Assembly: GCA_028279595.1 (NCBI GenBank)
Contig: JANQNK010000020.1
Coordinates: 96,001-160,000, forward strand
DNA: 64,000 bases
Direction: 5' to 3'
From: Thermoplasmatota archaeon
Lineage (GTDB): Archaea > Thermoplasmatota > JAKEGO01
Shown here: positions 1 through 8,507 of the stretch, one piece after another
Numbering within the stretch: position 1 is the first letter of the stretch
Layout of the letters: every line of letters starts with the position of its first letter
Notes under the pieces: model-generated
Told to the model about the DNA's origin: nothing
Seen by the model: the letters and a program-made list of their open reading frames with translations, nothing else
Database searches by the model: none
Made by a program: the position numbers and the translations under genes

Positions 1-159
1 CGTCTGGATCGTTGCGATGTTCGGGTTGACAAGGACCGTCTCTATCCCTTCCTCGCGCATCGCCTTGAGAGCCTGGGAGCCGGAATAGTCGAACTCCCCT
101 GCCTGTCCTATCCTGAGGCCGCCGCTGCCGAGGACCAGTACCTTCTTGGGCCTAGCCAT
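1..159 (-). CDS. carB: Carbamoyl-phosphate synthase large subunit, N-terminal part (runs off window)
   Basis: Manual translation from ATG 159: [53 protein letters not shown], the CarB signature; overlaps the carA stop by 8 nt. Confidence 0.95.
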   Translation of the reverse strand, partial: MARPKKVLVLGSGGLRIGQAGEFDYSGSQALKAMREEGIETVLVNPNIATIQT

Positions 160-1246
160 CCCGCACCACCTCCAGGAAGCTGTCGAAGAATCCGCTGGAA
201 TCCGTCGGGCCCGGTCGGGCCTCGGGATGGAACTGGACCGACGAGAACGGCTTGGTCCTGTGCCTTATCCCCTCTACCGAACCGTCGTTGAGGTTCCTGT
301 ACCAGACCTGCCAACCTCGAGGTAGGTCCTTGTGTACCGCAAAACCGTGATTCTGGCTTGTGATGACGTATGAATCGGTCCCGATCAGATGGCAGGGCTG
401 GTTCTGCGACCTGTGTCCGAACGGCAGTTTGTAGGTCCTCCCCCCGGCGGCGAGTGCCATGATCTGCGTCCCGAGGCAGATACCGGACACAGGTACGGTG
501 TCCTTCCGCTTCATGACCTTTCGCAGTTCGTCTATCGTGGGGTCGCACTTGGTCGGGTCCCCAGGCCCGTTGGAGACCATGAACCCGTCCGCGTCCATCT
601 CGCTGAACGGATGCTCGCAGGGAACGGTCGTGACCTTGCACCCCCGCTCCAGCAGTGCGGTCAGGATGCTCCTCTTGGATCCGCAGTCCACGAGGATGAT
701 ATGTGGTCCTGTTCCCTTGTGGACCTTGACCTCCTTCGAGGTGACCTCGCCGACGAGGTGTGTCGAGTTGGGATCGATGACGTCCCGGGCATGGGACCTC
801 CCAGCCGACTTGCCCATGACGATCCTCCCGAGCATCGTCCCCTCGCTCCTGAGGCGCATGGTCAGCGCTCTGGTGTCGACACCGGTCAAACCGACGACAT
901 CCTCGTCCGCTAGCCAGTTTCCGAGGCTCGACGCCGCCTCCCAGTGGTCGGTCGCGGCTATATAGTCCGAAACGATGAGTCCCCTGACGTGGATGTCATC
1001 GGATTCGAAACGCTCCTTCGCATCGGTGAACGATGGAACCCCGTAATTCCCGATCAGCGGGTAGGTCAGGGTCAGGATCTCTCCCCTGTATGACGGGTCC
1101 GTCAGGGTCTCGGGGTAGCCCACCATTCCTGTGTTGAAGACGACCTCTCCATCGGAAGTCCCGGGTGCGCCGAAGACGGAACCCTCAAAAACCGTCCCAT
1201 CCTCCAGGACCAGGTGTCCCGCCATGCTTCCACCCTTAGCAGTCAT
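152..1246 (-). CDS. carA: Carbamoyl-phosphate synthase small (glutamine amidotransferase) subunit
   Basis: [44 protein letters not shown] motifs; GGAGG about 9 nt upstream. Confidence 0.97.
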   Translation of the reverse strand: MTAKGGSMAGHLVLEDGTVFEGSVFGAPGTSDGEVVFNTGMVGYPETLTDPSYRGEILTLTYPLIGNYGVPSFTDAKERFESDDIHVRGLIVSDYIAATDHWEAASSLGNWLADEDVVGLTGVDTRALTMRLRSEGTMLGRIVMGKSAGRSHARDVIDPNSTHLVGEVTSKEVKVHKGTGPHIILVDCGSKRSILTALLERGCKVTTVPCEHPFSEMDADGFMVSNGPGDPTKCDPTIDELRKVMKRKDTVPVSGICLGTQIMALAAGGRTYKLPFGHRSQNQPCHLIGTDSYVITSQNHGFAVHKDLPRGWQVWYRNLNDGSVEGIRHRTKPFSSVQFHPEARPGPTDSSGFFDSFLEVVRDG

Positions 1247-1385
1247 GGCTGGAAACCTCCATTTTCGAGCATTAGAGCGTGGGCTAGCCTAGTAAACCGA
1301 TAGAGAACATATGGACAGCAGACCCCGCCGGCAGCGTGCTGACGTTCCACCTGCTGTACCATCTAGGCCTCAGGATAGCGTTTGT

Positions 1386-1404
1386 GGGATATAATCCTTT
1401 AGCG
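1386..1404 (-). promoter_or_regulatory. Probable BRE/TATA promoter of carAB
   Basis: Minus strand CGCTAAAGGATTATATCC, an AT-rich box in GC-rich DNA about 140 nt upstream of carA. Confidence 0.5.
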
Positions 1405-1548
1405 GAAATGGAGGTCACCTGAGAATGGGGAATTACCCGGATCCGTCCGGTCCCAACGAATCCTTCATTCGCTTCTACGCGGATCGAATCCGTTTGGCCC
1501 GGACGTTATTCTGTGAGAATATCGAGGTCTTAAGCCTCCAGTCGGGAT

Positions 1549-1570
1549 CCTTCCCGCCCGCCCATTGTCA
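1549..1570. repeat. 22-nt dispersed repeat, copy A (ccttcccgcccgcccattgtca)
   Basis: Identical to 16885-16906. Confidence 0.8.
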
Positions 1571-1580
1571 CCAGTATCGG

Positions 1581-2192
1581 TTACCCCGTTTTGTCCGAGG
1601 GGACCGACATCACGCAGGCGGTCAGGACCGCGACGACCCCCCTGGTGAGCTGCGTCTCATCGAGAACCTTGAGTGGTGGAACGTGAACGAATCCGATCAG
1701 GGCTTTTCTATCCCCCAATCGGTCGAAGTGGAGAGAGCGGTAGAGGAGCATATTGCAGAGGTAGCCCCCTGCATCGTCCGACGTTGAAACAGGTAGCCCT
1801 GCGTCGGTAAGGAATCGTTCTATCGCCTTGACAGGGAATGTCGATGGCAGATGTTCGGGAGCATCCTCGATGATGCTCTTCCCCTTGATCTGCTCCCCCT
1901 TGTTGTCTGGGATCCTGAAATCGAGGATGTTCTTCCCTTGCGTCTCTATCTTGAGCCCCTCGGCCTTCTCGTGAAGACCCAGATGGACGACGATGTCATA
2001 TTTCGTCTCCCTCAGAAGGTCGTCGAGGACGTCGGGAGCGCTCGTGTCAACGGGCAGGACAACCCTGTCCAGGAGTATCTCCTGCGGCAGGCTGTCCAGT
2101 TCGAAGAGGTCGAAGGAGTTGACGACAACCTCCGTTGGATTGACCTCGTTGTCACCGAAGGGTTCGAACCCCGTAAGAAGTATCTGTATCAC
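1581..2192 (-). CDS. pcp: Pyroglutamyl-peptidase I (C15)
   Basis: ILLTGFEPFG..VNP, DAGGYLCN, GFVHVP; real start is probably GTG 2192, overlapping the upstream TGA (GTGA). Confidence 0.92.
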   Translation of the reverse strand: MIQILLTGFEPFGDNEVNPTEVVVNSFDLFELDSLPQEILLDRVVLPVDTSAPDVLDDLLRETKYDIVVHLGLHEKAEGLKIETQGKNILDFRIPDNKGEQIKGKSIIEDAPEHLPSTFPVKAIERFLTDAGLPVSTSDDAGGYLCNMLLYRSLHFDRLGDRKALIGFVHVPPLKVLDETQLTRGVVAVLTACVMSVPSDKTG

Positions 2193-2932
2193 TTCTTCCA
2201 CCCTGCTCTCTCGACGAAGATGTCGGAAAGTTCGCGCCAGTCCTTGAACACCACGGCGGGGATGACCTGCTTCTCCTCGTCCTCCTCGCCCCAGGGCATC
2301 GCCGTGAATCGCCACTTCCGTCTGAGCCAGGCGGCCCTCATACCGACGGCCATGGAGCCCTTGATGTCGTAGTTGTAGTGGTCGCCGATGTGCATGACAC
2401 GCTCGGGATGGTCCCTCAGCTCGAGCTTGTCGAGGGCGGCCTCGAAGACAGCCGGCGCGGGTTTCAGTTCTCCCGATTTCTCGCACTCCTCGATGGACAC
2501 CCAGGGATAGTCCAGGAATCCCATGTACTCCAACTTCTTCATTGGCGGGTAGTCCGTGATTATTGCGATCTTGATGTCGTTCTTGACACAGAGCTTGACG
2601 AAGTCATGCGTTCCCTTGTAGGGCTTGACGGTCTTGAAATCCTGGTTCCATCCGTTGTACAGGACCTTGTCGATCTTGGCATAGGCCTTATCCGGGGTGA
2701 GGCCGGCGAGCTCTCCGACGATCTCCGCCTGCCGCTGTCTGAAGTGCTCCTGCTTGCCCTCCTTCCGGATGATCTGCCTCGCCTTCGTGAGGTGCATGAG
2801 GAACCTGACGTACCTGCCCCATCTGTGCAGACGAGGGATCATCATCCTCGGATAATTATAGAGATTCGCGTCCACGTCGAAGGTTATGGCCTCGAGATCG
2901 GACCATTCGGCCTTGTCAGGGTCGTCAGCCAT
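2189..2932 (-). CDS. HAD-superfamily hydrolase
   Basis: TFDVDANL (DxD), KPAP, HIGDHYNYDIKG. Confidence 0.85.
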   Translation of the reverse strand: MADDPDKAEWSDLEAITFDVDANLYNYPRMMIPRLHRWGRYVRFLMHLTKARQIIRKEGKQEHFRQRQAEIVGELAGLTPDKAYAKIDKVLYNGWNQDFKTVKPYKGTHDFVKLCVKNDIKIAIITDYPPMKKLEYMGFLDYPWVSIEECEKSGELKPAPAVFEAALDKLELRDHPERVMHIGDHYNYDIKGSMAVGMRAAWLRRKWRFTAMPWGEEDEEKQVIPAVVFKDWRELSDIFVERAGWKK

Positions 2933-2974
2933 GCTGTCACCTTTAACCTCGCTCCCTGCGATATTGACAATCTA

Positions 2975-4090
2975 CTAGTTAAGCAATATGCCCCAGGAGT
3001 ACTCCGTGTTCCCGGTCCACTCGGACCCGTCCTCCCGATGGACGTTCCCCTCGGCATCTGTGTACTCGATCTCGATTATCTCGGACGGGAACTCGTTGTA
3101 GAAGAACTTGTTCTTCCAGATCTTCCACCGATGGAACGCGTAGGTCGTCTTTCCGAGGGCCCTGACGCGGGCCTTCAACCTCTCCTTTCCCAGCTCTCCT
3201 GTGATCTCGTACTCCGGCAGTCCGGTCCCCTCCCGGATGACCTTGTACTTGACATGCTTGAACCTCTTCGTCTCCTGGCCCTTCGGTGTGTAATTGAAGT
3301 TCTTGTTCATGTACCGGAACCTGTTGTCGTACTTTGGCTTGCAGTCAGCGCTCCTCCTGAAAGCGTAACGTCCGAAGAAGGACGTGAAGTAGGTCAGGTA
3401 CGATCCGTCGTCCTTGTGGAACACTCCCCATAGCCACGGGAACGCCGGCGAGTTCAGGGTGATGTGCTGCATGTATAGGCTCCCGTCGACCCGTCGAGTG
3501 TTGCCATCGGTCGTCAGCTCCCCGCTGGCACCGACGTTGTAGATCTTGTGGGCATCGAAACCCATCCTCTTCGTGAGCATCGTCTTCTTGTAGCCGATGG
3601 GTGGGGGCATCTCGGCCAGCTTATCGATCTTGAACTCGAACCTCTTCGGATCGCGGGAGAACTTGAGCTCGAAGGAGTCCCTGTCGATGGTGTTGGTGAC
3701 GTCGTCCGACCTAATCTCGAAACCGCCGTCGAACATCCGGTTCTGGAACCTGGACACCGCCGGCTCCTCCTCCGTGAACTCCTTCCCGTCCCAGTACCAC
3801 CAGGTCGACATCCCGTTGTACGAGAACTCCTTCTCCGTCCCCTTGATGTCACCGGGCGGCCGCCAGTCGACCCCGTTCACCTTTATGTTCCCGTATGATT
3901 TGGTCGTCCAGAAGGCCACGATCTGCTTCCTGACCCCGTCCTCCTTGAAGAAGAACATGTACCACCACCAGATGAAGTTCCCCTTGCCCTTGAAGAACCT
4001 GACAGGAGGGAAATCCTCGGCGTACTTCAGCTGCTCTGGGTTGTCCCACTTGTCTATCGGTGTGAAGATGTGCTTCTCCATGTCGATCAC
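2975..4090 (-). CDS. Hypothetical aromatic-rich beta protein (possibly lipocalin-like/AttH-CrtC-type fold)
   Basis: 371-aa ORF with coding-like codon usage in an operon; WWWYMFF and WLWGVFH motifs; family not securely recognised. Confidence 0.6.
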   Translation of the reverse strand: MIDMEKHIFTPIDKWDNPEQLKYAEDFPPVRFFKGKGNFIWWWYMFFFKEDGVRKQIVAFWTTKSYGNIKVNGVDWRPPGDIKGTEKEFSYNGMSTWWYWDGKEFTEEEPAVSRFQNRMFDGGFEIRSDDVTNTIDRDSFELKFSRDPKRFEFKIDKLAEMPPPIGYKKTMLTKRMGFDAHKIYNVGASGELTTDGNTRRVDGSLYMQHITLNSPAFPWLWGVFHKDDGSYLTYFTSFFGRYAFRRSADCKPKYDNRFRYMNKNFNYTPKGQETKRFKHVKYKVIREGTGLPEYEITGELGKERLKARVRALGKTTYAFHRWKIWKNKFFYNEFPSEIIEIEYTDAEGNVHREDGSEWTGNTEYSWGILLN

Positions 4091-4093
4091 GTT

Positions 4094-5044
4094 TCACTCT
4101 TGGGGTGGTATCAGGCCCGAGAACCTGACGATCTCCAGGCCTTCCTTCTCGAGCTCTCCGTACATGAGGTTCATGCCGATGGAATCCGACGGCATGTGGC
4201 CGGCCACGACCACGTTGATGTGGTGCTTCTTCGCCAGCTCGATGTGGTCCTCCTTGATGTGCATGCAGACCACGGTCCCGACGCCAGCGGTCTCGAAGGC
4301 CTCGTACAGCGTCTTGGCTCCGCCCGTCCCGCCGGCCATCTTGACGCAGACCTTGCCGGCCCTGTTGCCCGGAGACCCGACGATCACCCTCGGACCGTTC
4401 TTCAGAACGGTGCCGATCCTGTACTCTGGTATCTCCTTGAGCGTCGCAAGAACGTCAGAGAGCTGTCTCGGTTCGGCCTCGTCCATCGTTGTCTGGACGA
4501 AGTCCTGGACCATGATGTCGGACGGACTGTGTGTGCACATGAACGGGACCCCCAGCAATCTTGCTGAATCCACGGACTGGTTGTGGTTAGCGGGCATGAC
4601 GGCCCTCATGACCTCAGCGATCCGAGGCTCCATCAGCTGTTCCGCGACGTTTATCGGGATCCCCCAGTCATGGTAGAAATCCTTCTGGACGTGCATCACG
4701 TTCGGAAGCCCGGGCATGCCGATGCCTCGGGGATGGTGACCGACGACGAGGTCTATCTGCTCCCCCTTCTCGCGAAGCCTGTCGGCGACCAGTATCTCGG
4801 CAGAGTCGATGTTGATGCCCATCATCAGCCTGCCGACCTCGGCGTCCTCCGGATTGTTGAGTATCCTCGAGTCGTCGTAGGGGTTCCAGAGACGCTCCTC
4901 GTCGAACTCCCACTTCGTCTCGTCGGTCAACTTCTCGTGCTCCTTCCTGACCTCCTCGAGTAGCTTCGCAACTCCGTCCTTCCCGCGGGGGTCCTTCTCG
5001 ATCCCCCGTTCGATGACGTACCTGAACAGTTCGCTGACCTTCAT
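4094..5044 (-). CDS. NIF3/DUF34-like dinuclear metal protein
   Basis: GHHPRG, HSPSD, CMH, AGHMPSDSIGMN; probable start MKVSELF at 5044. Confidence 0.85.
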   Translation of the reverse strand: MKVSELFRYVIERGIEKDPRGKDGVAKLLEEVRKEHEKLTDETKWEFDEERLWNPYDDSRILNNPEDAEVGRLMMGINIDSAEILVADRLREKGEQIDLVVGHHPRGIGMPGLPNVMHVQKDFYHDWGIPINVAEQLMEPRIAEVMRAVMPANHNQSVDSARLLGVPFMCTHSPSDIMVQDFVQTTMDEAEPRQLSDVLATLKEIPEYRIGTVLKNGPRVIVGSPGNRAGKVCVKMAGGTGGAKTLYEAFETAGVGTVVCMHIKEDHIELAKKHHINVVVAGHMPSDSIGMNLMYGELEKEGLEIVRFSGLIPPQE

Positions 5045-5190
5045 GGAAATGCCTCCGCTTGGAGGGTCTAGGAGAAAGTTGCTAAAGAAGATTTCTCCAA
5101 GCACTGATCTTCCGCTTATATCGGGAAAGACCCCTATGTTACGAACGAATTCTTACCTTTAGGCCGAGTGCGGAAAGACGCACTCATGTC

Positions 5191-5238
5191 AAAACACCGC
5201 ACCAATGTGTATTAAAGATGTAAAAACACCGCACTAAT
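5191..5238. promoter_or_regulatory. Direct-repeat pair AAAACACCGCAC(C/T)AAT, candidate transcription-factor sites
   Basis: 16-mers at 5191 and 5223 (15/16 identical, 32 bp apart), just upstream of a TTAAA box. Confidence 0.55.
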
Positions 5239-5288
5239 CTTGACTTAAACCACGGGCGTGTAGATGTAATTGGAAGGAGGGAAAAAAG

Positions 5289-5390
5289 ATGGTGAAGAAC
5301 ACGAAATTCCGCGCGCTCCGGTGGGAAGTCGGCAGGACCGCCCGCTACGTCCTCGAGGGCGGCAGGCTCGTACCAGTCGTCGAGTTCTGA
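5289..5390 (+). CDS. Putative 33-aa small protein (MVKNTKFRALRWEVGRTARYVLEGGRLVPVVEF)
   Basis: GGAGG RBS, TATA-like CTTAAA at about 5244, GC3-rich codons, downstream hairpins and T-tract; below the ORF-track cutoff. Confidence 0.55.
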   Translation: MVKNTKFRALRWEVGRTARYVLEGGRLVPVVEF

Positions 5391-5497
5391 TCGGGATCGG
5401 ATCAAAGCCCCTTGCATGGGACCGCAAAGGGGAATGGACATCCATGATGTCCGTCGGGAACCCCTTCGGGACCCTACTTTTTGATTATTACCCGGGA

Positions 5498-6451
5498 TCA
5501 ACCCTCGATCTCCACGTTCTTGAGCTCGAAAAGGCCGTCGACCGACAGATATCTCTCACCGGTGTCGTAGAAGAGGCAGACTATCGTCTTACCGTGGAAC
5601 TCCTCCCTTTCAGCAAGCTGACCAGCCACCCATGCAGCGGCACCCGAGGTCGGCCCGACGAGTATCCCCTCGGTCAAAGCTATCCTGCGGACCATCTCGT
5701 ATGCCACGGAGTCCTCGACGTGCATCAGTTCGTCCATGTTGTGCTCGGACCGTTTGAAGTTCTTCGTGACGAACCCGGGCCCGATACCGATGATCCTGTG
5801 GACGCCCTGTTCACCGCCTGAATAGACCGGACTGGATGCCGGTTCGAAGGCAACAACCTTCACGGACGGGTCCATTCCCTTGATGTATCGCGATATCCCG
5901 TCGAATGAACCGGAGGTACCAAGGCCGAGCACGACCGCTCCGAGGTCCCTCCCGGTCTGCTCCCAGATCTCCGGACCGGTGGTGGCCTCGTGTGCTCCGC
6001 CGTTGTCCGGATTGCCGTGCTGGTTCGTGAAGAACGACGTGTCAGGATTCGCGTCGCAGTACGCTATAGCCCTTTTCCGGGCCCCTTTCGTGTGCTCCTC
6101 GCCCGGGGTCAGGACGATCGTCGCACCATAGGCGCTGAGTATCTGCTGCCTCTCTACCGAGCAGAGCTCGCTCATGTATACTCGGACATTGAACCCCATG
6201 ACAGCTCCGAGACTGGCTATCGCTATCGCAGTATTGCCGGAGCTGGCCTCGACGACCTCGGTATCGTGACCGATCTCGCCCCTTTCGACCGCTTTCCGGA
6301 TCATGTTCAACACCGGCCGGTCCTTTATCGACATCGGGTTGTTCAATTCGAGTTTCGCCAGTATTCTCGCCTTTGATTCAGGGTATAGTCTGCTCAGTTC
6401 GAGCATCGGTGTTCGGCCTATCAGTTCCGTCACGTCCTTGGCAACGAACAT
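5498..6451 (-). CDS. cysK: Cysteine synthase family PLP enzyme (divergent)
   Basis: IGRTP, SIKDR (PLP Lys), EASSGNTA, GIGPGF, EGILVGPTSGA, DTGERYLS. Confidence 0.88.
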   Translation of the reverse strand: MFVAKDVTELIGRTPMLELSRLYPESKARILAKLELNNPMSIKDRPVLNMIRKAVERGEIGHDTEVVEASSGNTAIAIASLGAVMGFNVRVYMSELCSVERQQILSAYGATIVLTPGEEHTKGARKRAIAYCDANPDTSFFTNQHGNPDNGGAHEATTGPEIWEQTGRDLGAVVLGLGTSGSFDGISRYIKGMDPSVKVVAFEPASSPVYSGGEQGVHRIIGIGPGFVTKNFKRSEHNMDELMHVEDSVAYEMVRRIALTEGILVGPTSGAAAWVAGQLAEREEFHGKTIVCLFYDTGERYLSVDGLFELKNVEIEG

Positions 6452-6499
6452 GGGTGTCCCTCGCCTTCGGATAGGCCTGCGAGGTTCAAAAAGCCTCCC

Positions 6500-7396
6500 T
6501 CAGTCCAGCCCTTCTATTATCTCCTCGACGGGCTCCCACATGTCCATGGTGTAGAAGTGGATGCACGGGACCTTGTCCATCAATCCCCTGCACTGCTCGA
6601 TGGCGTGCTCTATTCCGATGGCCCGCACCTCGGCAGGGTCGTCGATGTTGTCGTCCATCCTGCGCTCCAGCGCTTCCGGGATTGATGCGCCGCACAGGCT
6701 CTTGACGATCCCGATGACGCTCCTGCTGATGACCGGCATGATGCCCGGTATCATCGGCACCTCGACCCCTGTCGCCCGGGCCCTCTCCACATAGTCGAAG
6801 AAGAGGTCGTTGTCCATGAAGAGCTGGCTTATGCAGAAGTCAGCACCCTGGTCGACCTTGTACTTGAAGTTCGAGAGGTCGGTCTCGAGGTCCCGGCAGC
6901 CGTCCGCCATGCACTCCTGATGTCCCTCTGGATAGCCTGCGACACCGATGCAGAAGTCATGGCTGTGCCGTCTTATCTCACTCACCAGTTCCGAGGCGAA
7001 GTTCATGCAGTCGGAACTGTGGACGTATCCGTCCGGTCTGTCGCCCTGAAGTGCCAGGATGTTGTCGATGTCGAAGTAATCGAGGACGTCCAGCGTCCTC
7101 CTCAGTTCGTCCCTGGGGGTGGCTATGCAGGTCAGATGGGCTACCGCCTCGATCTCGAACCTCTGCTTGATGATGGCTGCGACCGGTATCGATGTCGCCC
7201 TCGTCTTACCCTCGGGATTGTAGGTGACGGAAACGAAGGCCGGATCGTACTTGCGAAGATGCTCGACGGTGTCGAAGATGTTCGACATGTGCTGCTGGAA
7301 CGTCATTCCCTCTGCGGAGTAGGCCACCTTCGGCGGGAAGACCTCCAGTGAGAACAGCGTCCCGTCGGAACCGTCGAGTATCTGGGATACCTTCAT
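6500..7396 (-). CDS. metF: Methylenetetrahydrofolate reductase
   Basis: FSLEVFPPK, FVSVTY, AHLTC, LALQGD, AGYPEGH, KVDQGADF, PGIMP, HFYT. Confidence 0.92.
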   Translation of the reverse strand: MKVSQILDGSDGTLFSLEVFPPKVAYSAEGMTFQQHMSNIFDTVEHLRKYDPAFVSVTYNPEGKTRATSIPVAAIIKQRFEIEAVAHLTCIATPRDELRRTLDVLDYFDIDNILALQGDRPDGYVHSSDCMNFASELVSEIRRHSHDFCIGVAGYPEGHQECMADGCRDLETDLSNFKYKVDQGADFCISQLFMDNDLFFDYVERARATGVEVPMIPGIMPVISRSVIGIVKSLCGASIPEALERRMDDNIDDPAEVRAIGIEHAIEQCRGLMDKVPCIHFYTMDMWEPVEEIIEGLD

Positions 7397-7463
7397 GTTA
7401 CCCCCATTCGCGGACCTGGACCGCGCTGGGATGTGATAAATCTTTGCCCCTCGATCCAGGCGT

Positions 7464-7907
7464 TCAATCCGAGCGGGGGGTCCGTATCAGCATGACCGGA
7501 CAGGGAGCGTGCCTGACGACCTGCTCCGCCACGCTGCCGAGCAGGAGATGCTCCAGGCCGCTGCGGCCCAGGGTGCCCATGACGATGATGTCGTGGTCCT
7601 TCGCCTCCGCGACGATCTCCCTGGCAGGGGTCCCATGCACGAGCCGGGACGAGACCTCGATGCCCATGCGCTCGCCCATCTCCACTACGGTATCGATCGC
7701 AGACTGCCCCTCGTTCTCGAGTACCGAATAGACGTCCGTGATCATCGAATCTGCCGGGATCCCCGAGAACGCGCTCTCGTCCACGACGTAGATCGCCGTG
7801 GCCTCCGCGTTCACGAGCTTCGCAAGGTTCAGGCCCTTCTTCACTGCCTCAAGCGTGTACTCCGATCCGTCGGTCGGGATCAGTATCCTGTTGAACTCTT
7901 CGACCAT
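7464..7907 (-). CDS. Universal stress protein (UspA family)
   Basis: ILIPTDGS, IVMGTLGRSG..LLGSVAEQVVRHAPCPV. Confidence 0.95.
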   Translation of the reverse strand: MVEEFNRILIPTDGSEYTLEAVKKGLNLAKLVNAEATAIYVVDESAFSGIPADSMITDVYSVLENEGQSAIDTVVEMGERMGIEVSSRLVHGTPAREIVAEAKDHDIIVMGTLGRSGLEHLLLGSVAEQVVRHAPCPVMLIRTPRSD

Positions 7908-7975
7908 GCCAGGTCCTCCTACTGCGGTCTATCCTGGAACCCCTTGTTATAGGTTGCCCTGAATTCCCCCTCGGT

Positions 7976-8389
7976 CTAGACAACGATCTCGGTCTCGTCC
8001 ATTTCTCCGGGCCTCATGAGATGGATGACATCCAGTCTCAGCCGGATGAGAGCATAGTCCGGATCGTCATGGCCTGTCCAGTACGTGTCGAAGTATGGCG
8101 AGGCCTTGGCGGCCGCGGCCTTTTCGCTCATGTCTGTGACGATCTCGCCCTTCCCCATGGCGCGTAGATAACCATTGTTCTCCCCCTCGCTCAGAGGGAT
8201 GACAAGTTCGAACCTCGGTTCCGAGCCGAGCTGCTTGATCTTGTTCGAGTTCGCCCCGGTCAGTATGTATAGCCTTCCCGCGACGTGCATCACTGTCAGC
8301 GGCCTTACCTGCGGCCAACCGTCGGCCACTGTGGCAACATACGCGGTCGGCATCCCGTCGAAGTACTTCCATACATCATCGTCAACCAT
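7976..8389 (-). CDS. Pyridoxamine 5'-phosphate oxidase-like FMN-binding protein
   Basis: VATVADGWPQVRPL, SNKIKQL, YWTGHDDPDY. Confidence 0.8.
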   Translation of the reverse strand: MVDDDVWKYFDGMPTAYVATVADGWPQVRPLTVMHVAGRLYILTGANSNKIKQLGSEPRFELVIPLSEGENNGYLRAMGKGEIVTDMSEKAAAAKASPYFDTYWTGHDDPDYALIRLRLDVIHLMRPGEMDETEIVV

Positions 8390-8507
8390 TCGATCTCCTC
8401 TATGGTGTATCGGGTACCCTGATTATCCCTTTTTTCCCGACCTGAGTGAAAGTATGCGGTAAGATACAAATACTTCGAACCGATTGGCCGACCGGAGGCT
8501 TGTTCAC

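Noticed and set aside
5260-5482. RNase P or SRP RNA
   Set aside because: Lacks the GAGGAAAGUCC and SRP helix-8 signatures
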